Assembly (NCBI GenBank): GCA_963591575.1
Contig: CAVATL010000001.1
Location: 33,036 to 97,035, forward strand
Length of the DNA stretch: 64,000 nt
Direction of reading: 5' to 3'
From: Candidatus Methanomethylophilaceae archaeon
Lineage (GTDB): Archaea; Thermoplasmatota; Thermoplasmata; Methanomassiliicoccales; Methanomethylophilaceae
The position numbers were made by a program, and so were the translations under genes. Position 1 is the first letter of the stretch. Each line of letters begins with the position of its first letter. The notes beneath the pieces are model-generated. The model saw only the letters and a program-made list of their open reading frames with translations. It made no database searches and was not told where the DNA came from. Below are positions 59,248 to 64,000 of this stretch, in pieces.

Positions 59248-60648
59248 ATGATGGTCCCGAAGAAGTCCTATGAGGAAACGGAAGAATTCAGATATTTTCT
59301 TGAGCTCACGAAGGTGCCCAGGCCTTCGGGGCATCTGTCACGTATCCGTTCATATCTGAAGGATTTCGCCAGTAACCACAATCTGGAATATCTGGAGGAT
59401 ACCGGAGGCAATGTGGTGATCCGCCGTCACGGAGGTTCCGGCAGGACCGTGGTCCTTCAGGGACATATGGATATCGTCGCGACCTGTGCCGACGGAGTGA
59501 CCTTCGATTTCGTGAACCAGCCTTTGGACACCTATGTCAGCGACGGGTGGATCCACGCCCGCGGCACCACCCTCGGGGGAGATGACGGAGGAGGTCTGGC
59601 ACTTATGCTATGCGCTCTTACGGAACCGTCTTTGTCAGGTCTGAATATAGAGTGTCTTTTCACCGCGGATGAGGAGATCGGACTGCTCGGAGCCATGGAC
59701 CTCGATGGAAGTATGGTCGCCGGCAGGATGCTGATCAACATCGATGGCGAGGGAATGGATGAGATCACTATCGGAAGTGCAGGATCTGCCGATGTGGTCG
59801 CCACGTTCTCCTATCCGTTTGAGATGGATGCGGGAAAAGGTTATTCTGTCTCGGTCGGCGGTCTCCGCGGAGGCCACTCGGCAGGCGAGATCGACAAACC
59901 CAGGATCAATGGGATCCTTTTCATCGCCGGTTTCCTGAAATCCCTTGAAGGCGTGAGAATCGGGAGGATCGAAGGAGGTTCGGCATCCAATGTCATTCCT
60001 ATGCGTGCCTCTGCTTCATTCACGGTCCCCTCGGACATCGATGTAAACAGGCTTTTCGAGGATTACTGTTCAAAGCATGTCGATCTCGTGGAGGAGCCCG
60101 GATGCACAGTATCCCTAAAGGAAACCGAATGTCCCAGTACCTGGTCTGCAGTCGATTCCGGACGTTTTCTGAATGCACTGTGCTCCTGCCCGAACGGCGT
60201 CATGGACCGTGATGAATACGGTGTATCCACTTCATCCAACCTCGGGGTCATAGAGGATTCATCTAAGGTCGTCATCAAGCCCCGCAGTTCCGATTATTCC
60301 ACATTGCTGGCACTTATCAAAAAAATCAGAGAGATCATGATCTGTGCAGGTGCCGTCGCTCCGGAACCCGTGTCCTTCCCCGCATGGAAAGAATCCCGGG
60401 ACGGACATCTCGTCACGGCCGCTGTCGATGTCTACAAGAGACATTTCGGAAAGGAGCCCAAGGTCACCGTCATCCATGGCGGATTGGAATCGAGCACCAT
60501 CAAGGACAAATGTCCCGGGATGGAGGCCATCTCCATCGGACCCAACATCCACGGCGCCCACACTCCCGACGAATGTATGGAACTGTCTTCTCTGACAGGC
60601 ATGAAAGAGTATCTTTTCGAGCTGATACACGATCTGACTGGACAGTGA
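59248..60648 (+). CDS. pepD: Aminoacyl-histidine dipeptidase (M20)
   Basis: 'LQGHMD', 'TTLGGDDG', 'DEEIG', 'GGHS', 'HGGLE', 'AHTPDE'. Confidence 0.92.
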   Translation: MMVPKKSYEETEEFRYFLELTKVPRPSGHLSRIRSYLKDFASNHNLEYLEDTGGNVVIRRHGGSGRTVVLQGHMDIVATCADGVTFDFVNQPLDTYVSDGWIHARGTTLGGDDGGGLALMLCALTEPSLSGLNIECLFTADEEIGLLGAMDLDGSMVAGRMLINIDGEGMDEITIGSAGSADVVATFSYPFEMDAGKGYSVSVGGLRGGHSAGEIDKPRINGILFIAGFLKSLEGVRIGRIEGGSASNVIPMRASASFTVPSDIDVNRLFEDYCSKHVDLVEEPGCTVSLKETECPSTWSAVDSGRFLNALCSCPNGVMDRDEYGVSTSSNLGVIEDSSKVVIKPRSSDYSTLLALIKKIREIMICAGAVAPEPVSFPAWKESRDGHLVTAAVDVYKRHFGKEPKVTVIHGGLESSTIKDKCPGMEAISIGPNIHGAHTPDECMELSSLTGMKEYLFELIHDLTGQ

Positions 60649-60702
60649 TGGTAAGCGGTATTTTTATCCGTAAAGCTACATTCGGAACTCAGAGGACGTA
60701 TT

Positions 60703-60864
60703 ATGACCGTATCCACTATCTGTTCAAACTGCACTTTGAGAATCACGCACGTGATCTGCCGTACCTGCTTCAAGAGTTACAACATCGATGCTGAGAAATG
60801 TCCCAAATGCGGAGAGCCCAACCTTCAGCTCTGCACCCGCTGCTGGACCCACTTCCAGCTTTGA
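60703..60864 (+). CDS. 53-aa micro-protein with four CxxC motifs (double zinc ribbon)
   Basis: MTVSTICSNC...CRTC...CPKC...CTRCWTHFQL*; GAGGA RBS. Confidence 0.65.
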   Translation: MTVSTICSNCTLRITHVICRTCFKSYNIDAEKCPKCGEPNLQLCTRCWTHFQL

Positions 60865-61009
60865 AACTCATTTCCGGGAGCAGGCACATAGGATTTCAAT
60901 CCTGTGAACGCCTCTTCCGGGCATTTTACTATCATTTTCCGGATTTTTGCTCAACCGGATCAATGCCGCCAGAAGTGCTATACACAAGGTCGGCGAGATC
61001 ATTCTCGAA

Positions 61010-61932
61010 GGTCATCTATAATCCGTTCTGTCACGGTTCTTGTCGTATTCTGTCCCTGCGCGTTCGTTCTTGCCACATCCACTGCGATCATGGCCGCGGT
61101 CGACAATGCGTCCCGCCACGGAGTATTGGTGGTCAGGGAGATGCCATGGAAAGGATGGCCAAGATCGGTGTCATCGCATTCGATAAAACTAGTATCATCA
61201 CCACTGGACAGCTTGAGGTCTCTGCGATAAACAGTTACAACAGCAACCACTCCCAGGAGAAACTATTGGAGGTCGCTGCTTCTGCGGAATCCATGTCCGA
61301 ACATCCTCTAGGCAAGTGCATATGCAGGAGATTCGGTGCGACACCGTCCGTTCCTGAGGATTTCGTACTTGTTCCGGACAGGGAGTAAAGACCGTCATCA
61401 TCACCGGAGATTCCGCTGATTCCGCAAATAATGTGGGAAGTTCTGTGGGAGAGGACAAGGTCTACACAGCTGTCTTCCCGAGGACAAGCTCAGGATCATT
61501 TCCGATTACCAGGCGGAAGGCACTCTGATCTGCATGATCGGAGATGGTGTCAATGATGCGGCAGCACTCAAGGCGGCCAATGTCGGTATCGCTATGGATC
61601 TCGGCAGCGATGTGGCGATGGAATCGTCCGACATTGTCCTTTCAAAGGACGGTCTGGAGGAACTTCTGCACATCGTCGGACTCTCCAAGAAGACCATGAC
61701 CACCATCCGTGTCAACCTTACAATATCCACAGTGATCAACAGCGCAGCGATGGTTTTGGCGGTGCTGGGTCTTATCGATCCCACTGCAGATTCCATTGTC
61801 CACAACGGCGGATCGGTGTTCGTTATCGGCATGTCCGCGCTTCTGTTGTCATGGCAGAAAAAGGGAATTTCACACTCAGGTCCGGTCGGTATAGCCGATA
61901 AAGAAAACATTGCAAAGGTGGTATCTCAATGA
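61010..61932 (+). pseudogene. Heavy-metal P1B-type ATPase, fragmented
   Basis: 'VFCPCA', 'FDKTSI' (DKTGT degenerate), 'SEHPLG', 'TGD', 'GDGVND' spread over several frames; 5' half missing. Confidence 0.85.
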
Positions 61933-62039
61933 GCGACAACAGCGGAAAGAAACAGGGTTTCCTCAGTAAACTTCTCAAAGGGGAGGAACCTGAACATTCC
62001 TCTGTCCGCAAGGACGCTGCTGAAAAGAAGAAGGAATAA
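61929..62039 (+). CDS. Small charged peptide (36 aa)
   Basis: ATG overlaps the upstream [21 protein letters not shown]... Confidence 0.35.
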   Translation: MSDNSGKKQGFLSKLLKGEEPEHSSVRKDAAEKKKE

Positions 62040-62250
62040 TCCGATCCCGGGCCGTAAACAGTTTTCAAACATCTCACGGGGGATATACCCCTGTCCCGTG
62101 TCGTTCCGTTCAAGACCGGCACGGGGACTGCGACATCATTTTTGATGTCTGGGTCTTTTGAGGTTCTGTCATATTTCAAGGTGCCATCAGCATTTGTTTT
62201 CACGGAGACCGAAAGATAACCCATATATCGTAATCGGCAATCCGTACCTT

Positions 62251-63429
62251 ATGTATCTAACAAGAGATGAGCAGGCCATCCTCGACGGAGAGCAGGGGGC
62301 CGGAGCTCAGAAGGCCATGGAACTGGTGACCGCGCTCGGTAAGATCTACGGCGCGGACAGTCTCGTGGACATCACCTCGGCCCACCTTTCCGGAGCCTCT
62401 TACAAGACCATCGGCGAAGGAGGTCTGAAGTACCTTTCGGATATGGTCGCCGGCGGTGCGACCGTTGCGGTTCCTTCCACCCTGAACCCTGTGGGTATGG
62501 ACCGTACCCGCTGGAAGGAGATGCACATCTCCCCCGAATTCGCAGAGAAGCAGCTGCAGATCATCGACCTTTACGGAAAGATGGGGATCAAGAAGACCTG
62601 TTCCTGCACACCTTACCTGGGAGACAACGTCCCGGCACTCGGGGACCATGTCGCATGGGCTGAATCATCTGCCCTTTCATTCGTCAATTCATACATCGGA
62701 GCCCGCACGAACAGGGAGGGCGGACCCGGTGCATTGGCCGCCGCCATTCTTGGAAAAACTGCCAACTACGGTCTCCATCTCGATGAGAACAGGGCCCCTA
62801 CCGTGGTCATCGATGTCGAGGACATCGAGGATTCGGTGTTCGATTATTCCCTTCTGGGTCAGGCGTTCGGAATGAAGATCGGAAAGGGTGTTCCGTATTT
62901 CAGAGGTATCAATCCTACAGTTGAAGATGCCAAGACCCTGTCCGCCGCCATGGCCGCTGCAGGCGCTGTCGCCTTATGGCATGCGGAAGGCTGCACCCCC
63001 GAGGCAGGGAACTTCGATACCTCCGGTCTGGAACATATCACGATCGGCAAAAAGGAAAGGAAAGAGGCGTTCGAGAAACTGAACACTGCCGACGATGTCG
63101 AACTCATCGCCATCGGATGCCCCCATCTCACCCCTAAGGAGATGCACGATATCGCGACCCTCCTGAAAGGAAAGGAGAAGAAGAGGAAGGATGTGGAGAT
63201 CTGGTTCTGCACATCGGAAAGCGTAAGGGAACAGTGTCCCGAGGACGTGAAGATCATGGAGAAATTCGGTCCTGTCCTTGCCGACACCTGCATGGTGGTG
63301 GCACCTATCGAGACCACATTCAAGAGGACCGGTACCAATTCCGCCAAAGCGGGCAACTATTTGCCTACTCTGTGTTCTCAGAAAGTGGTGTTTTCCGAAC
63401 TGTCGGACCTTCTGAAGGTGGTAGAATGA
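62251..63429 (+). CDS. Aconitase X large subunit (phosphomevalonate dehydratase large subunit)
   Basis: 'SYKTIG', 'SCTPY', 'WAESSA', 'RTNREG', 'GCPH', 'DTCMVV', 'TNSAK'. Confidence 0.93.
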   Translation: MYLTRDEQAILDGEQGAGAQKAMELVTALGKIYGADSLVDITSAHLSGASYKTIGEGGLKYLSDMVAGGATVAVPSTLNPVGMDRTRWKEMHISPEFAEKQLQIIDLYGKMGIKKTCSCTPYLGDNVPALGDHVAWAESSALSFVNSYIGARTNREGGPGALAAAILGKTANYGLHLDENRAPTVVIDVEDIEDSVFDYSLLGQAFGMKIGKGVPYFRGINPTVEDAKTLSAAMAAAGAVALWHAEGCTPEAGNFDTSGLEHITIGKKERKEAFEKLNTADDVELIAIGCPHLTPKEMHDIATLLKGKEKKRKDVEIWFCTSESVREQCPEDVKIMEKFGPVLADTCMVVAPIETTFKRTGTNSAKAGNYLPTLCSQKVVFSELSDLLKVVE

Positions 63430-64000
63430 TCATGAAAGGAAGGGCGATTTCGCCCGGATATGCGGAAGGCGAAGCCATAACCTATGGGGAACCGTTCAGT
63501 TTCCTCGGTGGAGTCGACGGAAAGACGGGAAAATTCAACGTCCGTGATGGAAACATCGACGGAAAAGTGTTCCTGTTCCCCAACGGAAAGGGGTCCACCG
63601 TCGGATCTTATGTCGTATATGATCTGATGGTACAGGGTCATGCGCCTGCGGCATTGGTCAATAGGAACGCGGAGACCATCGTCACCACCGGTGCCGTCAT
63701 CTCTTCGGTTCCGATGGTCGACGGTATCGATATCTCTCTTGTCAGGGACGGAGATATCGTGGCGGTCGACGGAAACAAAGGGTATGTCGAACTGAAGAAT
63801 GTGAAAGAGGTAAACATTACCTCTGCCGTCATCGTGGTGGGTAAAAAATTCCTGATCCTTCACAGACCCAGCAGGTCGAGATCATATCCCGACAAGTGGT
63901 CTTTCGTCTCCGGCCATGTGGAATACGGGGAGTCCTTTGAAGAGACCTCCCGCAGGGAGATAATGGAAGAGACCCAGATTTCCATTTCTTATCCTGATGC
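63426..64000 (+). CDS. Aconitase X small subunit (DUF126) fused to a Nudix hydrolase; runs off the window
   Basis: 'FSFLGGVD', 'FPNGKGSTVGSY', then without a stop 'GHVEYGESFEETSRREIMEET' Nudix box. Confidence 0.88.
   Translation, partial: MIMKGRAISPGYAEGEAITYGEPFSFLGGVDGKTGKFNVRDGNIDGKVFLFPNGKGSTVGSYVVYDLMVQGHAPAALVNRNAETIVTTGAVISSVPMVDGIDISLVRDGDIVAVDGNKGYVELKNVKEVNITSAVIVVGKKFLILHRPSRSRSYPDKWSFVSGHVEYGESFEETSRREIMEETQISISYPD

Overview
Chromosomal window from a methanogenic archaeon. It is almost certainly Methanomassiliicoccales (a host-associated, Methanomethylophilaceae-like lineage), judged from mcrBDGA with mcrC displaced next to atwA, a pyrrolysine-type mtbB, and Thermoplasmata-like housekeeping genes. 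Core content: mcrBDGA plus DUF2098; an atwA-mcrC-mmp3-6-5-15-17-7 MCR-activation cluster; dimethylamine methyltransferase mtbCB (in-frame UAG); two MT2 methyltransferases; rtcB, argF, dhs, rpoE1-spt4-DUF359-rps24e-rps27ae; RNase P RNA; three tRNAs (His, Leu, Arg); aconitase-X (phosphomevalonate dehydratase) genes. Accessory or decayed material: two stacked group II intron 3' ends, an MNT-HEPN pair and IS remnant after tRNA-Arg, bacterial-type Rrf2/UvrA/Ogt genes, and several pseudogenes. Most notable unexplained signals: (1) six TGTnnACA palindromes at exact 11-bp period directly behind a TATA box, followed by a structured leader and a minimal HFS-motif surface protein; (2) a nested class-CL/class-C group II intron remnant; (3) an AcnX small subunit-Nudix fusion; (4) a catalytically eroded but intact IDH/IPMDH-like gene; (5) no intact gene ending in TAG; (6) unannotated micro-proteins. 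No CRISPR array seen. All calls come from motif recognition only; no searches were run.
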